Positions 7,872 through 17,702 of a stretch of DNA of 64,000 nucleotides are shown here, piece after piece. Each line of letters begins with the position of its first letter. Position 1 is the first letter of the stretch. Source of the stretch: Casimicrobiaceae bacterium (GTDB lineage Bacteria; Pseudomonadota; Gammaproteobacteria; Burkholderiales; Casimicrobiaceae); the NCBI GenBank assembly GCA_035937415.1, contig DASZIB010000059.1:13199-77198 (forward strand). Direction: 5' to 3'. The notes under the pieces are model-generated. The model saw only the letters and a program-made list of their open reading frames with translations. It did not search any database and had not been told where the DNA came from. The position numbers were made by a program, and so were the translations under genes.

Positions 7872-10580
7872 ATGCGCATCGTCATGGCTCGCGCACAAGA
7901 CAAGAAAAGCCTGGCCGCGTACGCCAGCAAGCGGGCGTTCGACGTCACTCCCGAACCCTCGCCCGCCGTTCCGCCGCGCTCCGGGCCGCTGCTGTTCGTC
8001 GTTCAGGAACATGCCGCGCGCCGCCTGCACTATGACTTCCGGCTGGAATGGGACGGCGTGCTCAAGTCCTGGGCCATACCCAAGGGTTTGCTCATTGAGC
8101 CGGGGGAGAAGCATTTGGCGGTGCACGTCGAGGACCATCCGCTGGACTACGGCCCCTTCGAAGGCGTTATCCCGGCCAAGCAATACGGTGCAGGCAAGGT
8201 AATCGTATGGGACTGCGGAATCTATTCTCCCGACGAAGGCGGCGCACCCGACTTTCATGATCGTGCTGCCGCCGAGCAGCGCATGCGCGCCGACATGGCG
8301 AAGGGCAAGATCAGCGTCACGCTTGCCGGTACCAAGCTCAAGGGCTCCTACGCCCTGGTGCGCACGGCGAAGGAACCGAACTCCTGGCTTCTGATCAAGC
8401 ATCGCGATCACTGGCCGAAACGGGTGCTGGCCGAGGCCGATCTCGCCCGCTCGGTGCTCACGGGGGAGACGGTGCAGAGCATCGGCCCGTCACCGCGCCG
8501 CGTCGCCTTGGCTGCCCTGATCCCCAACGGGCCGCGCGAAAACCTGCCGGCGAGGCTCGCCCCCATGCTCGCGAGCGATGCCGACGAACCGTCGACCCGG
8601 CCCGGATGGTTTCACGAACCCAAGCTCGACGGCTATCGCGTGCTCGCGTTCATCAACGACGGCAAAGTCACACTGCGCAGTCGCAGCGGACTCGACATCA
8701 CGACGTCCTTCCCGACCGTCGTTGCCGAACTGGCGCAGCAACCGGTGCAGCCGGCGATCGTCGACGGCGAACTCGTCGGCTTCGAGGACGGCCGGCCTTC
8801 CTTCAATGCGATGCAGAAGCGAGCGCAACTCTCCACGGAGCGCGAGATTGCCGATGCCGAGCAAACGCTGCCCGCCGTGTTCTACGCCTTCGATATCCTG
8901 CACCTCCTAGGCATCAACCTGCGCGGTGTGGCCTACGAGGATCGGCGCCGCTATCTCAATCAATGCCTGGTCCCGTTGCCCCACGTTCAGCTCGTGCACA
9001 CCGAAACCGATGCCTATGCGCTCTACCAGGCGTCGCTCGCTGCCGGGCTGGAGGGCATCGTGTCGAAAAAGGCGGACAGCATTTACGAGGCGGGACGGCG
9101 CTCGACCTCCTGGCTCAAGGTAAAGGCTGTGCACACCGCGGAATTCGTGATCGGAGGTTTCACGGCCGGTGACGGCTATCGTCGCGCGGGGTTCGGCGCC
9201 CTGCTGCTGGGCTACTGGGACGAGCACGGCAAGCTCCGCTACGCGGGGCATGTTGGCAGCGGATTCAACGATAGTGCGCTTGCCGACATCCGCCGCAGGC
9301 TTGATGCGTTGACGATTGCCCGGAACCCGTTTGCCACCCGACCGGACTTGCATGCACCGACCACCTGGGTGCGGCCGACGCTGGTCGCCGAAGTGCAGTA
9401 TCACGAATGGACGCCCAGCGGAACGCTGCGCGCGCCAGTGTTCATGCGCCTGCGCGACGATCTCGATGCGAAGCGCATTCGGCGGAAAAGCGCCGAGGAG
9501 GAAGCCGTCCGCAGCGATTCGACCGATCTGGTGACGAGCGTGCTGCAGCAGCTCGCGACCAAAGAGTCGTCCCTGTCGCTGATGGTTGGAGCGCATCGGA
9601 TCGGCCTTTCCCAACTCGACAAGGTCCTCTGGCCCGCGCACAACAAGCGGCGCGCAGTCACCAAGGTTGACCTGCTGCGCTACCTCGCCGCGATTGCGCC
9701 CTATATGCTGCCGCATCTCGCCGATCGGCCGCTTACGCTGATCCGCATGCCCGACGGAATTTACGGCGAATCCTTCTTCCAGAAACACCTGACGCAGAAG
9801 CTGCCGCGGTTTGTGGAAACGGTAGAGGTGTACTCAAAGAGCAAGACCGAGAACCACGTCTACCCGCTCTGCAACAACCTGCCGACGCTGTTGTGGCTGG
9901 GTCAGCTGGGCACCCTGGAATTCCACGTGTGGCATTCCCGCCTCGCCGAATCCAGGGGGAGCGATTCCGTATACACAGGCTCGCTCGCCGCTCTCGAGGC
10001 CTCGGCGCTCAATCACCCCGACTATGTCGTATTCGACATCGACCCCTACATCTACTCCGGCAAGGAGGCCGCGGGTGCGGAGCCCGAGTTCAACAGAAAG
10101 GCTTTCGCGGCGGGCAAAACGGTCGCGTTTTGGCTCAAGGATCTGCTCGACGCCCTGGCGCTGCGATCTTTCGTCAAGACCTCGGGCAAGACCGGTTTGC
10201 ACATCTTCGTGCCCATCGCGCGCACACTCACGTTCGTGCAGGCGCGCTCGGTTTGCGAACTAATCGGACGCCACCTGATGGCGCAGCATCCCGACGTAAT
10301 CACCATGGACTGGAGCGTGGACAAACGGCCGGGGAAGATCTTCTTCGATCACAACATGAATGCGCGCGGGAAGACCCTTAACGTGGCGTATTCGCCGCGC
10401 GGCGTGCCGGGCGCCCCGGTGTCGATGCCGGTGACGTGGGAAGAGCTGCCGGGCGTGCTGCCCCCCGATTTCCGCAGCGACAACGTGCCGCAACTCATGC
10501 CCGCCCGGGGCGACGCTTGGCGCGAGTTGCACAATACGCAACAAAGCCTGGAGGCGGCGCTGAAAATGTCGGCGAGCTAG
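7872..10580 (+). CDS. ligD: ATP-dependent DNA ligase D (phosphoesterase - ligase - primase/polymerase)
   Basis: PE domain FVVQEHAARRLHYDFRLEWDGVLKSWAIPKG. Ligase adenylation motif EPKLDGYR (Lys codon 8622-8624). Polymerase-domain motif VKTSGKTGLHIFVPI. ATG 7884 is an alternative start. Confidence 0.92.
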   Translation: MRIVMARAQDKKSLAAYASKRAFDVTPEPSPAVPPRSGPLLFVVQEHAARRLHYDFRLEWDGVLKSWAIPKGLLIEPGEKHLAVHVEDHPLDYGPFEGVIPAKQYGAGKVIVWDCGIYSPDEGGAPDFHDRAAAEQRMRADMAKGKISVTLAGTKLKGSYALVRTAKEPNSWLLIKHRDHWPKRVLAEADLARSVLTGETVQSIGPSPRRVALAALIPNGPRENLPARLAPMLASDADEPSTRPGWFHEPKLDGYRVLAFINDGKVTLRSRSGLDITTSFPTVVAELAQQPVQPAIVDGELVGFEDGRPSFNAMQKRAQLSTEREIADAEQTLPAVFYAFDILHLLGINLRGVAYEDRRRYLNQCLVPLPHVQLVHTETDAYALYQASLAAGLEGIVSKKADSIYEAGRRSTSWLKVKAVHTAEFVIGGFTAGDGYRRAGFGALLLGYWDEHGKLRYAGHVGSGFNDSALADIRRRLDALTIARNPFATRPDLHAPTTWVRPTLVAEVQYHEWTPSGTLRAPVFMRLRDDLDAKRIRRKSAEEEAVRSDSTDLVTSVLQQLATKESSLSLMVGAHRIGLSQLDKVLWPAHNKRRAVTKVDLLRYLAAIAPYMLPHLADRPLTLIRMPDGIYGESFFQKHLTQKLPRFVETVEVYSKSKTENHVYPLCNNLPTLLWLGQLGTLEFHVWHSRLAESRGSDSVYTGSLAALEASALNHPDYVVFDIDPYIYSGKEAAGAEPEFNRKAFAAGKTVAFWLKDLLDALALRSFVKTSGKTGLHIFVPIARTLTFVQARSVCELIGRHLMAQHPDVITMDWSVDKRPGKIFFDHNMNARGKTLNVAYSPRGVPGAPVSMPVTWEELPGVLPPDFRSDNVPQLMPARGDAWRELHNTQQSLEAALKMSAS

Positions 10581-10700
10581 CTTGAGGCCAATCCAATCCT
10601 GGTATAGGCTTGCAGGCTCGAGAAAACTCGTGGCAGCGGGTCTTGGACGGACACGCACGGAGCCACCCGATTCGATACAACTTCGAACGAAGGAGATCCG

Positions 10701-11603
10701 ATGGCTGCGCGCTCAATCGCTTCCCTTTCCCTGACCTTCGGCCTGGTCTCGATCCCGGTGAAGGTGTATCCCGCGACCGAAAGCTCCGGCGGCATCCGCT
10801 TTAACCTCCTGCACAAGACCTGCGGCTCGCGTCTGAAGCAACAGTACGTCTGCCTGAAAGAGGGGGTGCCCGTGGAACGCGCGGACATGGTGAAGGGCTA
10901 CGAATTCGAAAAGGACCGCTACGTGATGTTTACGCCGGAGGAGCTCGCCGCGCTCGAGGACAAGAGCGAGCACACCATCGACATTGTCTCCTTCATCCCG
11001 ACGAGCGCCATCGACCCCATCTACTACGACAAGGCCTATTACCTTGCGCCGGACAAGCGCGGCGCCAAGCCCTACAACCTGCTCGTGGAAGCGATGCGCG
11101 AGACCGACCGCTGCGCGCTGGCAACCTGGGTGTGGCGCGGCAAGCAGTACGTGGTCCAGGTGCGCATCGGCGGCGAGGGCCTGGTCTTGCAGCAACTCCT
11201 CTATGCCAGCGAAGTGCGCTCGATGAAGGACCTCGAAATCGAGAAGACCGAGGTGAAGAAGCCCGAACTGACACTGGCATTGCAGCTGATCGACCAGATC
11301 TCGGAAGACAGCTACGACCCGACGGCGTACAAAGACGAGGAAAAGCAGCGTATCGAAGCTGCCATCGACGAGAAGATCGCGGGCAAGCAAATCGCCGTCT
11401 CGGCGGAACCGGAACCCGGCGGTGCACAAGTCATCGATCTCATGGACGCCTTGCGCGCGAGCCTCGAGAAGAAGAAGGCCGCCAAGGCCCCGGCGGCGAG
11501 CGCACCGCCTGCCGTCGCGGCAGCCAAGGTTCGCAAGTCTGCGAAGCGCGCCGCCGAACCCGTCGCCGAAACCGTGAAAGGACGCGACCGCGCCAGGAAG
11601 TGA
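10701..11603 (+). CDS. ku: Ku DNA end-binding protein with basic Lys/Ala-rich C-terminal tail
   Basis: Ku core (SLTFGLVSIPVKVYPAT...VKGYEFEKDRYV...YYDKAYYLAPD). Tail EKKKAAKAPAAS...KVRKSAKRAA. RBS GAAGGAGA upstream. Confidence 0.92.
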   Translation: MAARSIASLSLTFGLVSIPVKVYPATESSGGIRFNLLHKTCGSRLKQQYVCLKEGVPVERADMVKGYEFEKDRYVMFTPEELAALEDKSEHTIDIVSFIPTSAIDPIYYDKAYYLAPDKRGAKPYNLLVEAMRETDRCALATWVWRGKQYVVQVRIGGEGLVLQQLLYASEVRSMKDLEIEKTEVKKPELTLALQLIDQISEDSYDPTAYKDEEKQRIEAAIDEKIAGKQIAVSAEPEPGGAQVIDLMDALRASLEKKKAAKAPAASAPPAVAAAKVRKSAKRAAEPVAETVKGRDRARK

Positions 11604-11616
11604 TTGCCGAGAGAGC

Positions 11617-12498
11617 ATGACGACGTACACCCTGCGGGAGATCCAGGCAATGCTGGGTATCTCGCGGTCGGCAATAAGCAGCCTCATGGCAGCGGGATTC
11701 GTGTCACCCAGCCGCGGCCAGCGCCGCGAATACCGCTTCACTTTCCAGGATGTGGTGATGCTGCGCACCGCGCACGGGCTGCGCGAGGCGCAAATCCCCG
11801 GGCGCAAGATCCTCCGTTCGCTGCGCCGCCTGCGCGACACCCTCCCTTCCGAGCTCCCGCTTAGCGGGCTGCGCATCACCGCGGCCGGCAATGAACTGGC
11901 AGTGCGCACCGGCGACACCCAGTGGCAGGTCGATTCGGGCCAGCTCCTGCTTGACTTCGAGATCCGGCCGGCAGGCGCGAGTGTCAGCGTATTGAGCAAG
12001 CCGCAGCCACCGCAAGGTGAGCCTACCGCGCCCGCGTCACCCCGTTGGGACGGTGGCGATCGAGAGTCGCGCAAGGGGGCGGGTGGCGATGATTCCGGCT
12101 ACTGGTTCGAACGCGGCACCCGGCTCGAGGGTGAGGATCCTGCCGCAGCCGAAGCGGCCTACCGCCGCGCGATCGCCGCGGCGCCCGGCTCCGCCGATGC
12201 CTACCTCAACCTCGGCTGCCTGCTTAGCAGTGCCGGGCACAGCGACGAAGCAATCAGCCTCTACCGGGCGGCACTGCAGCGTTGTCCGGCCGAGGCGCTG
12301 CTGCATTTCAACCTGGCCATCGCACTGGAAGACCAGGGCAACTCCACCGCGGCATTGGCTTGCTACGAGAAGTGCCTGGAATTGTCGCCGGACTTTTCGG
12401 ATGCGCATTACAACGCGGCTCTGCTGTGCGAACGACTCGGGCAGGCGAACAAGGCGATTAAGCACCTTAGCGCCGTGAGGCGGTTGCAGAAAAGCTGA
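11617..12498 (+). CDS. MerR-like HTH domain fused to C-terminal TPR repeats
   Basis: N-terminus YTLREIQAMLGISRSAISSLMAAGFVSP...YRFTFQDVVMLRTAHGL (MerR/excisionase-type HTH). The C-terminus has about 4 TPR-like units (AEAAYRRAIAAAPGSADAYLNLG..., AISLYRAALQRCPAEALLHFNLA..., ALACYEKCLELSPDFSDAHYNAA...). It starts 13 nt after ku. Confidence 0.75.
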   Translation: MTTYTLREIQAMLGISRSAISSLMAAGFVSPSRGQRREYRFTFQDVVMLRTAHGLREAQIPGRKILRSLRRLRDTLPSELPLSGLRITAAGNELAVRTGDTQWQVDSGQLLLDFEIRPAGASVSVLSKPQPPQGEPTAPASPRWDGGDRESRKGAGGDDSGYWFERGTRLEGEDPAAAEAAYRRAIAAAPGSADAYLNLGCLLSSAGHSDEAISLYRAALQRCPAEALLHFNLAIALEDQGNSTAALACYEKCLELSPDFSDAHYNAALLCERLGQANKAIKHLSAVRRLQKS

Positions 12499-12506
12499 CG
12501 AACGCC

Positions 12507-13256
12507 TTGTGGCACACTGCCCGCGTGGGCCAGACCGTGCGCGTGGACGAACACAAAATAGAGCTCGAACCGGGGGTCGCGGTGTCCTCGGTCTGGGCCT
12601 TCCCGGAGGGATTCACCGCGGGCAAATCCCCCGCGTTGATCCTCGCCCACGGCGCCGGAACGGACATGCGCAACCCGTTGCTGAGTTTTGTCCACGAGGC
12701 GCTGGCGCAGCGCGGCGTCATGACGGTCAAGTTCAACTTTCCCTACATGGAAGCTGGCCGGAAAGCCCCGGACCCGCCCCAGCGACTGGCGCATGCCTGG
12801 CGCACGGTGCTGCAACGCGTCCGCGCCGACGCGAATCCCGGCGCGCTCTTTCTGGGCGGCAAGAGCATGGGCGGCCGCATTGCCTCGCTGGTGGTGGCCG
12901 GTGGTGAGCCTGCCGCCGGACTGGTCTTGCTGGGCTACCCGCTGCAACCTGCCGGCCGTCCCGAAACGCTGCGGTCGGAGCATTTTGCGCGCATCGCCTG
13001 TCCGGTGCTGTTCATTCAGGGCTCGCGCGACCGGCTGTGCGATTTGAATCTGCTGCGCGGCGCGATGGCGACGATGTCTGCGCCCGTCACCCTGCACGTG
13101 ATCGAGGCAGGCGACCATTCGTTCAAAGTTCCGCAGCGCAGCGGCAAGACCGAACGCCAAGTTTGGGATGAAATCGTGGGGGTCGTCGCGGCGTGGCTCG
13201 CCACAGCGGTCTTGGCCAAAGGCGCGTCACTGCCGACCGGCCGCGCTGCGTGCTGA
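12507..13256 (+). CDS. Alpha/beta hydrolase, COG3571 / KANL3-Tex30-like
   Basis: LILAHGAGTDMRNP...FLGGKSMGGRIAS...LLGYPL...PVLFIQGSRD...HVIEAGDHSF. TTG 12507 start (GTG 12525 is an alternative). Confidence 0.75.
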   Translation: MWHTARVGQTVRVDEHKIELEPGVAVSSVWAFPEGFTAGKSPALILAHGAGTDMRNPLLSFVHEALAQRGVMTVKFNFPYMEAGRKAPDPPQRLAHAWRTVLQRVRADANPGALFLGGKSMGGRIASLVVAGGEPAAGLVLLGYPLQPAGRPETLRSEHFARIACPVLFIQGSRDRLCDLNLLRGAMATMSAPVTLHVIEAGDHSFKVPQRSGKTERQVWDEIVGVVAAWLATAVLAKGASLPTGRAAC

Positions 13257-13293
13257 AGGTGCATTTCGCCAACGAAGCTTAAGGAGGGAGGCG

Positions 13294-14013
13294 ATGTCGT
13301 TGCTGGCCGGTACCAGCGGCTACTCGTACAAGGAGTGGGTGGGTCATTTCTATCCCGAGCACCATCCTGCCGGCGAGATGCTGCGCTACTACGCGGAACG
13401 TCTGCCGACGGTGGAGATCAACAACACGTTCTACCGCATGCCCGCAATGTCGATGCTCGAGCAATGGTCGGAACAGGTGCCCGATCATTTCGTCTTTGCA
13501 TTGAAGGCTCCGCGCCGCATTACCCACGACAAGCGCCTGCGCGAGGCTGAACCGCAGGTCACCGAATTCCTGCGGCGCGCGACTGCACTCGGGAGCAAAC
13601 TCGGCGCGGTACTGTTTCAGTTGCCGCCCTATCTCCGCAAGGACCTGCCTCGACTCCTCGATTTTCTGGACCAACTGCCCGCCGCCGGACACGTCGCCTT
13701 CGAATTTCGCCACCCTTCATGGCAGGACGACGAGGTCTACGCCGCGCTTCGCAGCCGCTCCATCATGCTTTGCGTGACCGACACCGACGAGGGTGACACA
13801 CCCTTCGTTGCCACTGCGGATTGCGGGTACGTGCGCCTGCGGCGGACGCACTACGACGACCAAGATCTGGCCGCCTGGGCTACGCGCATCGCCGCAAAGT
13901 CGCTGGTTCGAACCTATGTCTATTTCATGCACGAGGACGAAGCCCTGGGAGCGCGGTTCGCGCGACGTCTCAATGAGCTCTGGACGGCACGCGAAGCGGC
14001 GAGGACTTGCTAA
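13294..14013 (+). CDS. DUF72 (YecE/UPF0759) family protein
   Basis: ATG 13294 with a strong RBS AAGGAGGGAGG. N-terminus GTSGYSYKEWVGHFYP...TVEINNTFYRMP...FVFALKAPRRITH, typical of DUF72. Confidence 0.85.
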   Translation: MSLLAGTSGYSYKEWVGHFYPEHHPAGEMLRYYAERLPTVEINNTFYRMPAMSMLEQWSEQVPDHFVFALKAPRRITHDKRLREAEPQVTEFLRRATALGSKLGAVLFQLPPYLRKDLPRLLDFLDQLPAAGHVAFEFRHPSWQDDEVYAALRSRSIMLCVTDTDEGDTPFVATADCGYVRLRRTHYDDQDLAAWATRIAAKSLVRTYVYFMHEDEALGARFARRLNELWTAREAARTC

Positions 14014-14014
14014 G

Positions 14015-14764
14015 ATGCCGCCAGGACCGCCGCGTCCGAAACCTCCTGCCATGCCGACTGACCTGCTGTTTCGCAGCGATGCCTACCTGAAGGCGGCGCA
14101 AGCCCGGGTGGTTGCCGTGCACGACCACGGTATCGAGCTCGACCGCACGATTTTCTATCCCACGGGGGGCGGCCAGCAGGGCGATACGGGCATATTGCTA
14201 CGCGCGAGCGGCGATCGGATCGCCATCGCCGACACGCGCAAGGGCGAGACGCTGGATACGGTACTGCACATCGCGGCACCGGCCATGCCATCCCCGGAAT
14301 GCGGGGAAACGCTGACGCTCGAGATCGATTGGCTGCGTCGCTATGCGTTGATGCGTTTGCACACCGCGTTGCACGTCATGTCGTGCGTGGTCGTGGCACC
14401 GGTCACCGGCGGCAACATAACCCCGGAGAAGGCACGCCTCGATTTTGACATCGACATGAGCCAGCTTGATGCACAGCGGATCGAGCGCGAGACGAACGCG
14501 CTCATTGCGCGTGGCGCCGAAACCGAGACCGTCTGGATCACCGAAGATGACCTCGACGCCCGACCCGAGCTGGTCAAGACCATGAGCGTGCAGCCGCCAC
14601 GAGGTGGAGGACGCATACGGCTCCTCAGAATTCCGGGCATCGACCTGCAACCATGCGGCGGGACTCATGTCAGGAACATCACCGAGATCGGTGCCATCCG
14701 CGTGCTTAAGATCCGCAGCGAAGGCAGGCACAACAAACGGGTGGAGATCGCGCTTGCGCACTGA
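14015..14764 (+). CDS. AlaX-like alanyl-tRNA editing (threonyl/alanyl-tRNA synthetase second additional domain) protein
   Basis: FYPTGGGQQGDTG, HTALHV...and CGGTHV zinc/editing-site motifs. ATG 14015 lies 1 nt after the DUF72 stop (alternative ATG 14051, MPTDLLF...). Confidence 0.8.
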   Translation: MPPGPPRPKPPAMPTDLLFRSDAYLKAAQARVVAVHDHGIELDRTIFYPTGGGQQGDTGILLRASGDRIAIADTRKGETLDTVLHIAAPAMPSPECGETLTLEIDWLRRYALMRLHTALHVMSCVVVAPVTGGNITPEKARLDFDIDMSQLDAQRIERETNALIARGAETETVWITEDDLDARPELVKTMSVQPPRGGGRIRLLRIPGIDLQPCGGTHVRNITEIGAIRVLKIRSEGRHNKRVEIALAH

Positions 14765-14789
14765 TGTCGATCCCCCGACGCAGGCCGGG

Positions 14790-15614
14790 ATGGATCTCAA
14801 TCCGCAGGCCAAGCAGATGGCCGACGAATCGATGGTGCGCAACCTCGCCGCCCAGGCGCGCGCCATATGGCCGCAGGAGGTCCCGTTGCTGCGTCGTTAC
14901 GCGCTGCCGGCCCAGGCCCGGATACTCGATGCCGGCTGCGGCACCGGGGAAGCCGCGTCGCGGCTGGCCGAGCTATTTCCCCAAGCCAGCGTGCTCGGTG
15001 TCGATATCATCGATCATCACCTGGAGCTCGCACGCACCCGCTACGCAAGGTACGCGCCACGGCTGACTTTCGAGCGCCAGAGCGTATTCGCGCTCGATGC
15101 TGCCGACGCGAGTTTTGACCTCACCGTGTGCCGTCATGTGATTCACTCCATTCCGCACGCGGACCGCGTGATCGCGGAGCTTGTGCGGGTCACGCGCGAG
15201 GGTGGCCAGCTGCACCTGATCGCCGAGGACTACGGCATGCTGCACTTTCAACGTGGCGCTCTCGATCCAAGCAATTTCTGGCATACGGCGGTGCCGAGTT
15301 TCGGGTCCGCGACCGGAACCGACCTGTTCGTTGGTCGCAATGCCTTCGGGATTCTTGCCGCGCTGAAATGCACCGCGATTGCCGTGGACTACATTATTGT
15401 CGACACGGTGCGCGTCGCTCGCGAAACCTTCGCAGCAATTCTCGAAGCGTGGCGTGACGGGTACGCGGAGTCAATCGGCGACCTGACCCCGATCAGCCGC
15501 ACGGCGGCGAAGGCATATTTTGACCAGATGATCGCCAACGTCCGCGACCCGCGCGGTTATGCCGTATGGATGGTCCCGGTGGTAAGCGCGCGAGTGCCGC
15601 GGACTATGTCTTGA
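14790..15614 (+). CDS. Class I SAM-dependent methyltransferase
   Basis: Motif [16 protein letters not shown] plus post-I LGVDI. ATG 14790. The 3' end overlaps the convergent permease gene by 11 nt. Confidence 0.8.
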   Translation: MDLNPQAKQMADESMVRNLAAQARAIWPQEVPLLRRYALPAQARILDAGCGTGEAASRLAELFPQASVLGVDIIDHHLELARTRYARYAPRLTFERQSVFALDAADASFDLTVCRHVIHSIPHADRVIAELVRVTREGGQLHLIAEDYGMLHFQRGALDPSNFWHTAVPSFGSATGTDLFVGRNAFGILAALKCTAIAVDYIIVDTVRVARETFAAILEAWRDGYAESIGDLTPISRTAAKAYFDQMIANVRDPRGYAVWMVPVVSARVPRTMS

Positions 15615-16365
15615 GCCGGTAGCCGGTCTTGAAGATCCACGCAACGATGGCGAGCGATACCGCCATGAACAGCACGGTCATGGCGAGGCTGACGGCGATG
15701 CTCACATCGGCTATCCCGTAGAAGCTCCAGCGGAAGCCGCTGATCAGGTACACGACAGGATTGAACAACGTGACCGTCTGCCAGAAAGGCGGCAGCATGT
15801 CGATGGAATAGAAGCTGCCACCGAGAAAGGTCAGTGGTGTGACGATCAGAAGCGGCACGAGTTGCAGTTTCTCGAAACCGTCGGCCCAGACACCGATGAT
15901 GAAGCCGAATAGGCTGAAGGTCACCGAAGTGAGTACGAGGAAAAGGGCCATCCACACCGGATGAGCAACCTGTAGCGGCACGAACAAGCCGGCTGTCGCC
16001 AGTATGACCAGGCCAAGGATGATCGACTTGGTCGCTGCGGCCCCGACATAGCTCACGACGATCTCGAAATAGGAAACCGGTGCCGACAGCAGCTCGTAGA
16101 TCGTCCCGACGAATCGCGGAAAGTAGATGCCGAACGATGCGTTCGATATGCTCTGCGTCAACAGCGACAACATGATGAGTCCAGGCACGATGAACGCTCC
16201 GTACGGGATCCCGCCAACCTCCTGGATGCGGGAACCTATCGCCGCGCCGAAGACGACAAAATACAAGGATGTCGAGATTACCGGGGAAATGATGCTTTGC
16301 ATCAGCGTACGCCGCGTGCGAGCCATCTCAAAGGAATAGATCGCGCGAACTGCGTAGAGATTCAT
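15604..16365 (-). CDS. ABC-2 type transporter permease (YadH-like)
   Basis: 253 aa with 6 TM. N-terminus [29 protein letters not shown], typical of ABC-2 permeases. The start overlaps the ATPase stop (ATGA). Confidence 0.85.
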   Translation of the reverse strand: MNLYAVRAIYSFEMARTRRTLMQSIISPVISTSLYFVVFGAAIGSRIQEVGGIPYGAFIVPGLIMLSLLTQSISNASFGIYFPRFVGTIYELLSAPVSYFEIVVSYVGAAATKSIILGLVILATAGLFVPLQVAHPVWMALFLVLTSVTFSLFGFIIGVWADGFEKLQLVPLLIVTPLTFLGGSFYSIDMLPPFWQTVTLFNPVVYLISGFRWSFYGIADVSIAVSLAMTVLFMAVSLAIVAWIFKTGYRLKT

Positions 16366-17309
16366 TTCTTCTCCCGGACCAGGCTCACGAAGATGTCCTC
16401 GAGAGAACTCTGCGTGGTCTGGAGATCCTTGAAGCTGATGCCCGCCTTGTCAAGAGCCTCGAGCAGCGCGGCGATGCTGGTGCGGTCGCCCTTGGCGTCA
16501 TAGGTGTACACCAATTCGCTTCCGTCGCTGGATATCTCCAGGCGATAGGTCGCGAGTTCCGGGGGAATGCGCTGCAGCTTGTTGTGAAGCTGCAACGTCA
16601 GTTGTTTCTTGCCGAGTTTGCGCATCAACTCGACCTTTTCCTCCACCAGAATCAACTCCCCCTTGCTGATGACGCCGATTCTGTCGGCCATCTCCTCGGC
16701 CTCGTCAATATAGTGCGTGGTCAGGATGATGGTTACGCCCTGTGCCTTGAGTGACCGCACCGATTCCCACATGGCGCGTCGGAGTTCCACGTCGACACCG
16801 GCGGTTGGCTCGTCGAGGAACAGAATCTGCGGCTCGTGCGAGAGTGCCTTGGCGATGAGCAACCGCCGTTTCATGCCGCCCGAAAGGGTCATGACCTTGC
16901 TGTCTTTCCGGTTCCACAGCGAGAGATCTCTGAGCACCTTCTCGATGTGGGTGGGGCTGGGTGGTTTTCCAAACAGGCCGCGGCTGAAGGAGACTGTCGC
17001 CCACACGGTCTCGAAAGCGTCGGTTGTCAATTCCTGGGGCACCAGGCCGATCATCGAACGGGCGGCACGGTATTCGGTAACGATGTCGTGTCCGTCGACG
17101 AGAACCGTTCCCTCCGACCGGTTGACGATCCCGCAGATGATGCTGATCAGCGTCGTTTTTCCGGCGCCATTGGGGCCCAGCAACGCGAAGATTTCGCCGT
17201 GGCGAATGTCGAGATGAATTTGCTTGAGAGCCTGCAGGCCCGAAGCATAGGTCTTGGAGAGATTCGTTACGGAGATGACGGGCCGCATGGACGCGACGAT
17301 AGCCGACAC
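16362..17309 (-). CDS. ABC transporter ATP-binding protein (YadG-like)
   Basis: Walker [10 protein letters not shown], signature LSGGMKRR, Walker [12 protein letters not shown] 17309 start (ATG 17288 is an alternative). Confidence 0.9.
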   Translation of the reverse strand: MSAIVASMRPVISVTNLSKTYASGLQALKQIHLDIRHGEIFALLGPNGAGKTTLISIICGIVNRSEGTVLVDGHDIVTEYRAARSMIGLVPQELTTDAFETVWATVSFSRGLFGKPPSPTHIEKVLRDLSLWNRKDSKVMTLSGGMKRRLLIAKALSHEPQILFLDEPTAGVDVELRRAMWESVRSLKAQGVTIILTTHYIDEAEEMADRIGVISKGELILVEEKVELMRKLGKKQLTLQLHNKLQRIPPELATYRLEISSDGSELVYTYDAKGDRTSIAALLEALDKAGISFKDLQTTQSSLEDIFVSLVREKK

Positions 17310-17311
17310 AG

Positions 17312-17683
17312 TTAAGAGCGCTTCTTGCCGTTCAGCAGCGACTTGAGATCCGCGAACGGCGAGTGGGTCGCGCCGCCGTGACCGGCGCGAACATTGCCGC
17401 CCGCTTGGGCCGCTTCCAGCTGCCGCTGGTGTTCATTGTCATGGCAGTACAGGCAGAGCAATTCCCAGTTGCTGCCATCGACCGGGTTGTTATTGTGATT
17501 GTGGTCCCGATGATGGACCGTCAGCTCGCGCACGTTGACGTGAGTGAATTCGCGGCCGCAGCGACCGCAGATCCAGGGATAGATCTTGAGCGCTTGTTCC
17601 CGGTAGCCCTGTTCGCGCTCCTGGGCGGCGCGGCGTGTCTCCGCGAGTATGCGGTCGAGCTTGCTCCGGTCGGGCGCTGTCAT
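17312..17683 (-). CDS. yajD: HNH nuclease-family protein YajD
   Basis: Near-colinear with E. coli YajD as I recall it: [21 protein letters not shown]...[32 protein letters not shown]...PFADLK. Confidence 0.85.
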   Translation of the reverse strand: MTAPDRSKLDRILAETRRAAQEREQGYREQALKIYPWICGRCGREFTHVNVRELTVHHRDHNHNNNPVDGSNWELLCLYCHDNEHQRQLEAAQAGGNVRAGHGGATHSPFADLKSLLNGKKRS

Positions 17684-17702
17684 TTCGTGTCGTGCAGCTC
17701 AC

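Noticed and set aside
12508-12525. Sigma54-like TGGCAC-N5 element at the start of the hydrolase gene
   Set aside because: The downstream half reads CCGC rather than TTGC. It lies inside or at a coding start within a tightly packed array, so it is probably chance.
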